Part shown: piece after piece, positions 31,630 through 40,478 of the stretch
Numbering within the stretch: position 1 is the stretch's first letter
Layout: each line of letters begins with the position of its first letter
Source of the DNA: Nannocystales bacterium
Lineage (GTDB): Bacteria > Myxococcota_A > Polyangia > Nannocystales > Nannocystaceae
DNA length: 64,000 bases
Assembly (NCBI GenBank): GCA_050633305.1
Contig: JBOEGF010000013.1
Location: 250,588-314,587, forward strand
Direction of reading: 5' to 3'
Made by a program: the position numbers and the translations under genes
Notes under the pieces: generated by a model
Database searches by the model: none
Told to the model about the DNA's origin: nothing
The model's input: only the letters and a program-made list of their open reading frames with translations

Positions 31630-33714
31630 TCAATCGGAACGCTTCCCGCGGGGCGTACGAGAGCCGCCCGCCTCTGCCCCGCGGTACTGCTGATACCAAG
31701 GCATGTTGCGAATTTCCGCCAAGTAGGCCTGGTACTGGGTTTCGTAGGCTTCTTTGCCGCGCGTGTCGTTGAACAACAGCCGGGTGCCTCGGTAAGCCCG
31801 TGCGATGTCGACGACCGCGATCACCAACAGCTGAGGGATCCCCGAACGCAACCCGAGCCACGCTCCGCTCGTCATCCACGACTCGTCGCCAAGAGCCAAG
31901 ACCACCGCGTTGAGTACGACACAGGCCGCTGTCGAGAACGCGATGTGCTGGTAAACGCTCGTCATCTCACCGAAGGAGAGCGTGTCATAGAGCAGCGCGT
32001 TGACCAGCTTGCGAACGACCGGGATCACCAGGACCAGCGCCAATCCCACGAGCGATAGCCAGCCCAGGGCGAGGCCGAGCAACAAGAAGTTGACGGCGAA
32101 CAAGGGGACCCATGCCATCTTGGCGATCAGGCCGGGCGCGAACATGTTGGTCCAGCGCCGGCAGTACTCCAGATACTTGTCGTTCTCGTCGTTGAGTTCG
32201 GGATACCGCGCGGGAATTCCCGGTCCCGTGAGGTATGCCGAGAACTCCCCGGCCAAGAGCGAAGACCACATCGTGCGGGGCTTGCCCAACGCGTGACTGA
32301 TCTCCTCGTTGGTCATTCCCGTGAACTGGGTGTGCTCGAGCCCCTCGTACTCCTGCCCGGACTCCAAGTAGTTGTACTTCCACGACGCCATCCGGGCGTC
32401 GAACTCGCGAACGAACTTCGTGTGAAACGAGCCGTCATCGATGAGGCGATGGATGAACTCGCACTGGATCTCCGACGTGCCCGCAAACGCCCCGGTGGTA
32501 GGCCGCTCGACGCCTACGAAGTAGACGTTGGGTCGCTTCGCGTTCCACAGCCCGTAGAGGCAGTCGGTGTAGTTGTATGTCCAGGCCTCTCCGTTGGAGC
32601 CCAGGATCTCGACCGGCGCCGGACGTGCAATGCCAGCCTTGATCCGTCGGTCGACCTTGACCGGCTCGCCGTCGATCTCGCACACATCGTCTCGAACCCA
32701 GTCCACCCGCTTGGGGTGCACCACCCTCAAGTCTCCCCGCTTCATGAAGAAGTACGGGTCGTTGAGGAGCATGCGGTGCGAGAGCATCTGCTCCCGATAC
32801 TCGCCGTCGAAGTGTGCGAAGAACGAGTCGATGGACCAGTATTTGACGGGTAGCCCGAAGCCCGCGTTGACCCCGGTCCGAAGCAAGTAGCTACGCCACG
32901 CCGAAGGGAGGTCCTTTCGGTAGAAGTCCTCCGGAGTCATGAGTTCATCCAGACCGGACTTCTTGCGGAACAGCCGAGAGAGCCAAGTGTCACCGTAGGG
33001 CGAGACGGCGGTACACAGAGCGCTGCGGTACGAACGCTCGTGGTTGTACTTGGCCAGGTACTGGTACGGCTCGAACATGTCCAAAGGCGCCCACGCCTTG
33101 GATTGCCCCTCCATGTAGAACACCTTGTCGAGGTTCTGGAAGTGCTCGGTGCAGAAGATGACCTTGTTGCCACCGAGCATCAGTCGCGACATGTACATGT
33201 TGCTGGTGTCGCCGTAGCCGTCGATGACCACCGTCTTGTTCTGGAGGTGGAGCGTCTCCTGCAGCGTTTCACAGATGCCGGGGCCATCCACGGTCTGCGC
33301 CGCCGTGACCACCAGATGACGGCAGCGCACAGAACCCGAGGTTTCCCCCTCCAAACCCACGTCGAACGACCCGTCCGCCCGCTCTTGGTACTTGACCGCC
33401 CGCGACCGCACCGTCCGAGCGCGGATCTCGGAGCAGACATCGGCCTGCAGCCGCTTGTAGTAGTCGGTCGCCGTGAAGAAGTGAAAATCGAGGTCGAAGT
33501 CCCACCAGGAAAAGCCCGCAACCGCGTTGGAAGACAGGAGGTCAAAGTCGTCTTCGTGTTCCGCCAAACGACTCCACACCCCGAAGTCACGCTCCGAGAT
33601 CACGACGAACGACTTCTTCGAGCGCACGAGCAGCCGCAGCAGCGCCAGCGAGGACACGCCCAAGCCCACGACGCAGACGTCGACGGTTTTTCCCGTCCAG
33701 TCGTGGTCGTTCAC
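31630..33714 (-). CDS. AetF-like single-component flavin-dependent halogenase/monooxygenase with membrane insertion
   Basis: Collinear with the AetF sequence as I recall it: VCVVGLGVSS, VWSRL, NKTVVIDGYGDTSN, LDMFE, VKYWSID, LLND, NVYFVGVERPTTG, SEIQCEFIHRLI, FNDTRGKEAY. GTGA overlap with the upstream gene. Confidence 0.85.
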   Translation of the reverse strand: MNDHDWTGKTVDVCVVGLGVSSLALLRLLVRSKKSFVVISERDFGVWSRLAEHEDDFDLLSSNAVAGFSWWDFDLDFHFFTATDYYKRLQADVCSEIRARTVRSRAVKYQERADGSFDVGLEGETSGSVRCRHLVVTAAQTVDGPGICETLQETLHLQNKTVVIDGYGDTSNMYMSRLMLGGNKVIFCTEHFQNLDKVFYMEGQSKAWAPLDMFEPYQYLAKYNHERSYRSALCTAVSPYGDTWLSRLFRKKSGLDELMTPEDFYRKDLPSAWRSYLLRTGVNAGFGLPVKYWSIDSFFAHFDGEYREQMLSHRMLLNDPYFFMKRGDLRVVHPKRVDWVRDDVCEIDGEPVKVDRRIKAGIARPAPVEILGSNGEAWTYNYTDCLYGLWNAKRPNVYFVGVERPTTGAFAGTSEIQCEFIHRLIDDGSFHTKFVREFDARMASWKYNYLESGQEYEGLEHTQFTGMTNEEISHALGKPRTMWSSLLAGEFSAYLTGPGIPARYPELNDENDKYLEYCRRWTNMFAPGLIAKMAWVPLFAVNFLLLGLALGWLSLVGLALVLVIPVVRKLVNALLYDTLSFGEMTSVYQHIAFSTAACVVLNAVVLALGDESWMTSGAWLGLRSGIPQLLVIAVVDIARAYRGTRLLFNDTRGKEAYETQYQAYLAEIRNMPWYQQYRGAEAGGSRTPRGKRSD

Positions 33715-35273
33715 TGTGCCGCCCCCTCCTGGGGCTGGGTAGGCTTCGCCCGCATCCACTCCGCCAACCGACGAACGTAGTCGGTATTGCCACGCCAGTC
33801 GTTGTCGAGATCGTCAGGCAGGAAGAAGCGGTCGACGAGTTCCCCGGACTTGTAGTGTCGGATGATCGGGTGGATGTAGAAGTCCTCAGCCACCCCCACG
33901 CCGCGAGGCATCGCGAACGGGTCCATGTACTCGTCGGACTTCCCGTACTCCAACGTCAGCATGTACAGCTCGGATTCCTCGGACAGCAGCCTTTCGGTGA
34001 CGTAGTCCACTGGAACATCACGCAGCAGCTGGAACGCCCCGGGGATGTCTTCGGCTGCTGGTACCACGACATCGGCGAGGAAGCCCGGCTGCAACATCAA
34101 GGCGGCCGATGTACTCATCCGCTCGATGAGCGCGGAGGCCAGCCCCTCTTCGAGGGCGGACGGCAGGCGCTCGCGCTCGACCCAGGGCCCCTTTCCGTCG
34201 CGGCGGCTCACAATGGAGACCAGGGACTCGATGTTGTGTCGGAACCCGTGGATGAACGCGGACATCGTCTTCCGATAGTCGCGGGACTGCATCAGCGTCC
34301 CGATGAAGAACATGTTGGGGACGTTCACCGACTCCCAGTCGCAGGTCATCAGCGGCAGCCGCCCGCACTCTCGGCGCAGTGGTGCGCACGACACATCGAA
34401 GATGCCCAGGTCGGAACAGAAGCCCGTGCACAGCAACACCCGGTCGCAGGGGTACGAGAGCAGCTGCTTCCGAGACTCGAACCAGACGTCGACGACCAAC
34501 TCCCCATCGACCTTGCGGACCGCCCGAAGTTCACCGTCGAGGATGTTGTTCTGCGCCTTGAGCTGGTAGGTGTCCAAGAAGTTGTTGTTGACCGCCCGCA
34601 GGTGCCCCACGAAGTGGCTTGCCCAGGCGAGTTTCACGGTGCTGCGCCCGCACACCCAGATCTTGCGCGTGGTCTCGATCAGGGCATCCGCGGTTTCGAA
34701 CGCGGAGTTCCCCTTGCCCGCGATGAACACCCGTTGGTCGACGAAGTCGTTGGGGTCGACGGAGAACTCGTCGTAGTTCTCGCAGAGTTCCGCCCCCTCG
34801 ATGTCGGGTCGATGGGCGTTGGGAATGCCCGTTGCGACGAACAGCCGCTCGCACGTGAATACGCGGCCATCCTCCAGAACGACCGAGAACTCGCCTTGCG
34901 CCTTGGCGACCTTGGTGACGGCGCAACCGTAGGAGATCACCAGCTTGTAATGTGCTGCGAACGCCTCGAGGTAGGCCACCAAGGACGAAGCCGTGGGGAA
35001 GTAGTCCTTGGAGAACTCCCGGAACTGCAGTGCTTCGTCGTCGCAGACCAGAGCGTTCCAGTCGTAGCGGCGCCGTGACTCGAGGTCCGGGTACCCGGTG
35101 TGGACTTTGTTGATCGACAGCAGCCGGTCGTGCCGTGGGTAGCTGTGGAAGAAGGTCCCCGCACTCTCACCGCGCTCCAGCACGAGGTATTCCTCGCCAG
35201 ACTTGGCGAGCAGGTGGGCGAGCTGCAGCCCCGCAGGACCGGCGCCGATGATCAGATTGCGAACGTGTGTCAT
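33711..35273 (-). CDS. FOXRED2-like FAD/NAD(P)H-dependent oxidoreductase (copy 2)
   Basis: GAGPAG, LLSINK, RYDWNAL, YFP, ATG, GKGNSAFETA, HLRAVNNNFLDTYQLK, CTGF, SAFIHGFR. Confidence 0.9.
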   Translation of the reverse strand: MTHVRNLIIGAGPAGLQLAHLLAKSGEEYLVLERGESAGTFFHSYPRHDRLLSINKVHTGYPDLESRRRYDWNALVCDDEALQFREFSKDYFPTASSLVAYLEAFAAHYKLVISYGCAVTKVAKAQGEFSVVLEDGRVFTCERLFVATGIPNAHRPDIEGAELCENYDEFSVDPNDFVDQRVFIAGKGNSAFETADALIETTRKIWVCGRSTVKLAWASHFVGHLRAVNNNFLDTYQLKAQNNILDGELRAVRKVDGELVVDVWFESRKQLLSYPCDRVLLCTGFCSDLGIFDVSCAPLRRECGRLPLMTCDWESVNVPNMFFIGTLMQSRDYRKTMSAFIHGFRHNIESLVSIVSRRDGKGPWVERERLPSALEEGLASALIERMSTSAALMLQPGFLADVVVPAAEDIPGAFQLLRDVPVDYVTERLLSEESELYMLTLEYGKSDEYMDPFAMPRGVGVAEDFYIHPIIRHYKSGELVDRFFLPDDLDNDWRGNTDYVRRLAEWMRAKPTQPQEGAAQ

Positions 35274-36928
35274 TTGCCCATCCCCTGGCTGGCATCGACC
35301 AGCCGCATGTCTTTGTCACGGACGATCAACCGCCGTACGGGGTCCGCCTTCGCCTCCAACGTGTCTCCCCGCATCGAACGCTCGAAATACTCCGCGCACG
35401 GTCCGAGATACTCGCGACCACTCCAGTCGGCGAGAAAGTCCTCGAGCACGTGAAACTCCGACCGCCGCGCGCCGTCCGTGCCAGAGCGCATCTCGACGAC
35501 GGGGTGGATGTTGGTACTCGACGCACCGTCGTAGACGTTGGTGCTCCGGTCGTAGTCGTGGGGGTTCGGCGGGTTGTCGCCGAGTCGGAACATCAGAATG
35601 TAGAAGTCCCGCCCCTCGCTGATCTTCGCGCCATGCTCCACCAGGTAGTCGTAGGGATGGGAGAAGATGTACCGCGCGGTGCCCCCGGGCTCTTTGGGAA
35701 GCACGATCATGTCCGCGAGGAAGCCGACCTGCTGCCAAAGCGAGGACACGCGGTTCATCCGGGCGAGGAATGCTTCTGCGAGCGCGCCTCCTGTGGGCTC
35801 GACCTCGATCGAGGGTAGCGGGTCTTGGTGGTAGCGCTCCGCCAGGAGTCCGGCGAGTGACTCGGTGTTGTAGCGGAACCCATGGATGAATGCGGACTGA
35901 GCCCGCTTGTGGTCGAGGAACTGGGTCACCGTCCCCGCGAAGAAGAGACCCGGGACGTTGCTCGACTCGAAGCCAGTGCTCATCGTGGGCAGGCGTCCGC
36001 ACTCGGAGAGCTCGGGCAAGCAGGTCTCGTCGAAGATCGACCGGTCGAAGCGAAAGCCGGTACAGCGCAACACCGCGTCGTACTCGATCTGCTCGACTTC
36101 GTTGGCTGCGTGAATCGAGGAGAAGCTGACACGGATCTTCCCCGTATCGGTGCGCTCCATCCCCTGGACGTTGCCGTCGATGATCCCGTTCTGAGACTTG
36201 AGGTGGTACGTGTCGAGAAAGTTGTTGTTGACCGCCCGCAGGTGCCCCACGAACCGTGAGTCCCACGCGAGGGTGACCGGGTGCGGGCTGAGCATGTGGA
36301 TGACGGCGGCCGTGGGAATGAGGTTGTCGGCGGTTTCGAAGGCCGAGTTTCCCTTGCCCAGGATGAGCACGTTCTTGTTGTGGAACTCCGCCGGGTCGAC
36401 GGACATCGTCTCGTAGCCCTCGGCGAGTTCGATGCCAGGAACGTCCGGGATCACCGGGGTTCCGACACCCGTCGCAACAACGAGACACCGAGCCCGGTAT
36501 CGCTGCCCGCCCTCGCATTCGGCTTCGAAAGACCCCTGGCCATCTTCGCGACGCACCGAGGTCACTCGGCGCTCGAGGTGGACCTGAAGCTCGTTCGCCC
36601 GGACGAATCGCGCAAGGTAGTCGACCAAGACGTCGGCCGAGGGAAAGTACTCTTGGGTCAGCTCCGTCATGCGCCCCGACGCGTCCTCGCTGATCAGCGA
36701 GTTCCAGTCGTGGCGGAGGTTGAATTCCGGGTCGTCCCGGCCCGTTGCCGACTTGTTGATCGACAACAGCGTCCGGTGTCGTGGATACCGTGAGAAGAAC
36801 GCTCCCACGTGGTCGGCCCCGTCCAGGACTACGTAGCGACGCCCTGCGCGTTGAAGGAAGTACGCGAGCTGCAGCCCGGCAGGTCCCGCTCCAAGGATGA
36901 GGTAGTCGGTTTCGAACGTCGTCGCCAT
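35270..36928 (-). CDS. FOXRED2-like FAD/NAD(P)H-dependent oxidoreductase (copy 1)
   Basis: GAGPAG, RHRTLLSINK, EFNLRHDWNSL, GKGNSAFETA, HLRAVNNNFLDTYHLK, CTGF, SAFIHGFRY; ATGA overlap with copy 2. Confidence 0.9.
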   Translation of the reverse strand: MATTFETDYLILGAGPAGLQLAYFLQRAGRRYVVLDGADHVGAFFSRYPRHRTLLSINKSATGRDDPEFNLRHDWNSLISEDASGRMTELTQEYFPSADVLVDYLARFVRANELQVHLERRVTSVRREDGQGSFEAECEGGQRYRARCLVVATGVGTPVIPDVPGIELAEGYETMSVDPAEFHNKNVLILGKGNSAFETADNLIPTAAVIHMLSPHPVTLAWDSRFVGHLRAVNNNFLDTYHLKSQNGIIDGNVQGMERTDTGKIRVSFSSIHAANEVEQIEYDAVLRCTGFRFDRSIFDETCLPELSECGRLPTMSTGFESSNVPGLFFAGTVTQFLDHKRAQSAFIHGFRYNTESLAGLLAERYHQDPLPSIEVEPTGGALAEAFLARMNRVSSLWQQVGFLADMIVLPKEPGGTARYIFSHPYDYLVEHGAKISEGRDFYILMFRLGDNPPNPHDYDRSTNVYDGASSTNIHPVVEMRSGTDGARRSEFHVLEDFLADWSGREYLGPCAEYFERSMRGDTLEAKADPVRRLIVRDKDMRLVDASQGMGK

Positions 36929-36953
36929 GGTGTCTGTGCCTCGTTGGTCGGAC

Positions 36954-37658
36954 CTACTCCGACAGGAAATGTGTCCCGCTCTCCAGCGCCGCGTGGGTCC
37001 GCGAGAGCATCTCGTCGCAGAAGCTCTCGGTTCGGTCGAAGATGCCGTGGACGAGTGCTTCTGCTCGAGGGCGCATCGACTCGGGCAGGACGCAGGAGCG
37101 AATGTCCTCAACCTCGCTGCCGATCGCATGACCGGTCTCTCGCTCGAGGTGGTGCTGTGAGAAGTAGACCAGTCGCTCTCGCTGCGGATGCGAGCTGGCA
37201 GCACGGGCGGTCGCAGAAAGCCACACGTTGCCTTGGGCTTCGAGCGCTTCGATGATCACCAAGCGAAGCTCGGCGCTCGCATCTCGGGCGGCCGCGATGA
37301 CGTAGTGCCCCAGCTCGCGCGCATGCTTGCCCTCGTCGCTCCACAGGAACCGAAGAACATCCGTAAACCGGCATTCTCGGTCGAATCCTAGGACTTTGAG
37401 GTCGTGGAGGAACCAGGCAAAGTGCGTCTGATCCTCCGCCGCATGCTCGTTGATCATTTCCTGTTGCGGACTGTCTGGTTCGTCCTCGTGCAGGAAGTCC
37501 CGGTTGAATTCCCCGAAGGTCAGGACAAAGTGGCTGCCGAACGGCGCATAGGCGAGCCGTTGCTCTGCAGGTACGGTCTCGTCACGAAGAAACCGGATGA
37601 AGGGATGGCGTTCGTAGGCGCTACGCCTGCGCTCGATGATTTCGAAGATCGCCTGCAA
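36954..37658 (-). CDS. AetD-like heme-oxygenase-like diiron oxidase (nitrile-synthase homolog)
   Basis: TTG start after GGGAG. FLRDETV, INEHAAEDQTHFAWFLHDL, GFD, RFLWSD, VIIEALE, HLERETGHAIG match recalled AetD motifs and give a full His/Glu/Asp diiron ligand set. Confidence 0.88.
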   Translation of the reverse strand: MQAIFEIIERRRSAYERHPFIRFLRDETVPAEQRLAYAPFGSHFVLTFGEFNRDFLHEDEPDSPQQEMINEHAAEDQTHFAWFLHDLKVLGFDRECRFTDVLRFLWSDEGKHARELGHYVIAAARDASAELRLVIIEALEAQGNVWLSATARAASSHPQRERLVYFSQHHLERETGHAIGSEVEDIRSCVLPESMRPRAEALVHGIFDRTESFCDEMLSRTHAALESGTHFLSE

Positions 37659-37894
37659 TGAAGTCTCCCGGCCGCGGCCGCACCGATAGATACGGTCGTG
37701 TTCGGATGTGACAGAGAAACTCAAAAAACTCAGACCGGTCGCGGTCGCCCCCAAGCCACAGCGCGCTTGGTGCTCCTGGAGCTCCAACCTCCGAGCAGAA
37801 CTCCGGGCGGGTTCGCCAACCCAGCGGTGGTCTGCGTCCAGCGGCTCAGAGGCCGCCCAGACCGAGGGGTATAGTCGCGCGGTCGTATCGCCTC

Positions 37895-39304
37895 ATGCAT
37901 CGCCGTCCGCTCAGAACTTGCTCCGTGTCCTCATCCCTTCTCGGAGCCGCCCTTCTCGTTGGTTGCGCCGACGACCCGCCGAACTGCCGGCATCGCGTGT
38001 GCGACATCAACGAGGCCTCATGTGCCGAGTTCGTGGCCGAGGTCATCTCGTGCCAGCGCGACGCACCCCTCGCGATCCCCACCGTTCGATTCTCGACGGC
38101 CGCCGAGATCCTCGCCGAGCGCGACCCCGCAACCCAGGAGGAACTCGACTTCGCCCGCGACTACTGGGCGGGAGAAGCTTTGGTGGGTCTGATGCCCGCG
38201 AACTACGACCCTGCCGACGCAGCCTCCGACTCGCTCTCCGGCGTGCTCGCTCAGTACCGCGCAGGGACGGATGAGATCGTCATCATCTCGGACTCCGACA
38301 TCGACGACCCCGAACTGGGGTACCAGGTCCTGGTCCACGAGATGCTCCACGCGCAACAAGATGTGGAGTACGACCTCAGCGCGCTCTTCGACGAATATGC
38401 GACGACGTTCCCACGAAGCCTCGGACTCCGAGCCGCGGTTGAAGGGGAGGCTTCGTTCTACACGACCGTCGCACAGCTCGAACTCGACGACCTGACGGCG
38501 GACCAGGTCGACTGGGAGAGTTATTACTGGGACTGGCAGAACAGCGCGTGGCTGGCCGCCCGCCAAAGTGAGGTGCCCTCCCTCGATGTGATGGGCCTCT
38601 TTCCGTATGCCTTTGGTTCGGAACAGGTCTATCGAGCCTGGACCGCAGGCGGGCTCGAGGAAGTCCGCGACTACGTCCAGCACCCACCCGATTCCGTTCG
38701 ACAAGTCATGGCAGGCTACGCGCAGCGACCTCCGCAGGTGTTCAACTTCGACACCGAACTCAATCCTAGAGCCGTCCCGATTCTGCCTGGCCACACCTAT
38801 CTCAGCGGCGGAGCCCAGGACTCCTGGCTGCTGAACACCATGTTGCAGCGAACTGCGGGAAGTCTGGCCGACTGGTCCCTCGAGGTTGGCAAGATCGAAG
38901 CCGACCACCTCAGTATCTGGCGCGACGACACGACCGGAGACCGTGTCGCGGTATGGCGTCTCGTCGGCGATCGCCTCGCGCTCCGAGACGTGCTGCTCGG
39001 CGACGGCTCGCAATGGGCCGAGACTTCAGCGAACGCGACCACGCATCACATGCGACCGGTCGGAGAGGACTGGATCTTGGTCGCCACCGAAGCTCCCACC
39101 GCGGTCGCCGTCGCCGACTCGATCACCGGCTGGCAGAGCCAAGACGAGGCATTTGAACTCGCGGGCCTCGTCCGAACGTCGGCCCCCGGAGACCTGGTCT
39201 TGCCTGGACCCTGTCACCACCATGCGAGACACGCACCGGCAACAAGCCACTCAGCCGGCGACCAGAACCGCGGTCGACCTGCCCCTGGCGCGGGGTCCGG
39301 TTGA
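37895..39304 (+). CDS. Lipoprotein zinc metallopeptidase-like (HExxH)
   Basis: Lipobox LVGC; VHEMLHAQQD, downstream EGEA, FPYAFG. Confidence 0.8.
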   Translation: MHRRPLRTCSVSSSLLGAALLVGCADDPPNCRHRVCDINEASCAEFVAEVISCQRDAPLAIPTVRFSTAAEILAERDPATQEELDFARDYWAGEALVGLMPANYDPADAASDSLSGVLAQYRAGTDEIVIISDSDIDDPELGYQVLVHEMLHAQQDVEYDLSALFDEYATTFPRSLGLRAAVEGEASFYTTVAQLELDDLTADQVDWESYYWDWQNSAWLAARQSEVPSLDVMGLFPYAFGSEQVYRAWTAGGLEEVRDYVQHPPDSVRQVMAGYAQRPPQVFNFDTELNPRAVPILPGHTYLSGGAQDSWLLNTMLQRTAGSLADWSLEVGKIEADHLSIWRDDTTGDRVAVWRLVGDRLALRDVLLGDGSQWAETSANATTHHMRPVGEDWILVATEAPTAVAVADSITGWQSQDEAFELAGLVRTSAPGDLVLPGPCHHHARHAPATSHSAGDQNRGRPAPGAGSG

Positions 39305-39335
39305 CACGCAGTCGGCGTACATCGATCGTTGTGCG

Positions 39336-40460
39336 GTGAGTCTAGGACCTGGATGGTTCGGCGCTGTTGCGGGGCTTGGTGTGCTCGTGCTGAGCGGTGC
39401 GGCGTGTTTCGTCACCAACCCCGCCGACCCCGAAGAAGAGTCGGACGGAGGGACCGAGCAGCCCAGCAGTTCCAGCAGCGGCAGTTCCGGAGGCGGCCCT
39501 TCGGGGGCGACGTCGTCGACAACCAGCGGCCTTCCCGACGGCGAAGTCACCAGCGGCACAACCAACGCGTGCACTCAGGGCGCGATGTGTACCGCCGTCG
39601 CGCCCGACGAATGGGAGGGGCCGGCGGTGGTGGTGCTCCGCACCCCCGATAGCGATCCATCTTGCCCCTCGGGCACCGACCTCGGCTTCCAGATGACCAC
39701 CGACGTCTCCGCAGATCCGGCGGCCTGCGAATGCTCGTGCGGTCCACCAGAGTCGGTCACCTGCGATGGCAGAGTCCGGATTCACGACGACGACGAGTGC
39801 CCGACCGTCGGCGCGATGGTTGGTGGGGTCGGTGCTACATGCGCTCCTTTTCCTCCCGCATTCTCTGCGACGCACCACTGGAGCCTCGAGACATGGGTGG
39901 ACGCAGGCGGCTGCGAGCCGACGACAGATACGACCTTGCCCGAACCCACGGCTGGAGCGCGGGTCGACGTGTGCGTGGCCGCCCCCGGAGCCGGCGCGTG
40001 CGCTTCGGGCGTCTGCCTGCCTGAGCCTGATGCGGAGGCACGACACTGTATTTGGGCACCTGGCGATCTGCCATGTCCCGACGGTCCCGACGGTCCCGAC
40101 GGTCCCGACGGTCCCGACGGTCCCGACGGTCCCGACGGTCCCGAGTTTTCGGAGAAGTTGCTCGGCAACAACGGCTTCGACGACACGCGGGGGTGCCTCG
40201 ACTGCATGTGCGCCCCCCCTCACGAGTCTTGCCGCGCGACGGCCGAGCTTTTCCCGTCGGAAGACTGCGCAATCGGTGACCAAAGCGGGGTGATCACCTG
40301 GGAAGGCGCGGGCTCCTGCGTGCCCGCGATGGAGGAGGTCGGCTCCGTCCAGCTCGACTTCGACCCAGACCCTCAGGCGGCGTGTGCACCGTCCGAGCCA
40401 CAGCCGGTCGGAGGCCTCGTTCCCCTCGAGCAGACGACCTTCTGTTGTTCACCAACCTAA
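39336..40460 (+). CDS. Cys-rich lipoprotein with (PDG)7 insertion
   Basis: Lipobox GAAC, Ser/Gly linker, CECSC, DDTRGC, ends TTFCC. Start estimated at GTG 39336. Confidence 0.8.
   Translation: MSLGPGWFGAVAGLGVLVLSGAACFVTNPADPEEESDGGTEQPSSSSSGSSGGGPSGATSSTTSGLPDGEVTSGTTNACTQGAMCTAVAPDEWEGPAVVVLRTPDSDPSCPSGTDLGFQMTTDVSADPAACECSCGPPESVTCDGRVRIHDDDECPTVGAMVGGVGATCAPFPPAFSATHHWSLETWVDAGGCEPTTDTTLPEPTAGARVDVCVAAPGAGACASGVCLPEPDAEARHCIWAPGDLPCPDGPDGPDGPDGPDGPDGPDGPEFSEKLLGNNGFDDTRGCLDCMCAPPHESCRATAELFPSEDCAIGDQSGVITWEGAGSCVPAMEEVGSVQLDFDPDPQAACAPSEPQPVGGLVPLEQTTFCCSPT
40075..40144 (+). repeat. Perfect 9-bp tandem repeat (CCCGACGGT)x7 plus partial units
   Basis: Read directly; seven identical units from 40077 to 40139. 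Confidence 0.97.
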
Positions 40461-40478
40461 CCACCGAAGACCTAAACA

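Noticed and set aside
31630..37658. Calling this an aetokthonotoxin cluster or using aet gene symbols
   Set aside because: No AetA-type halogenase, P450 or tryptophanase is seen, and the AetF homolog has a different architecture; the product is unknown.
40075..40144. Tandem repeat as a CRISPR array
   Set aside because: 9-bp units without spacers, in frame inside a CDS; no cas genes in the window.
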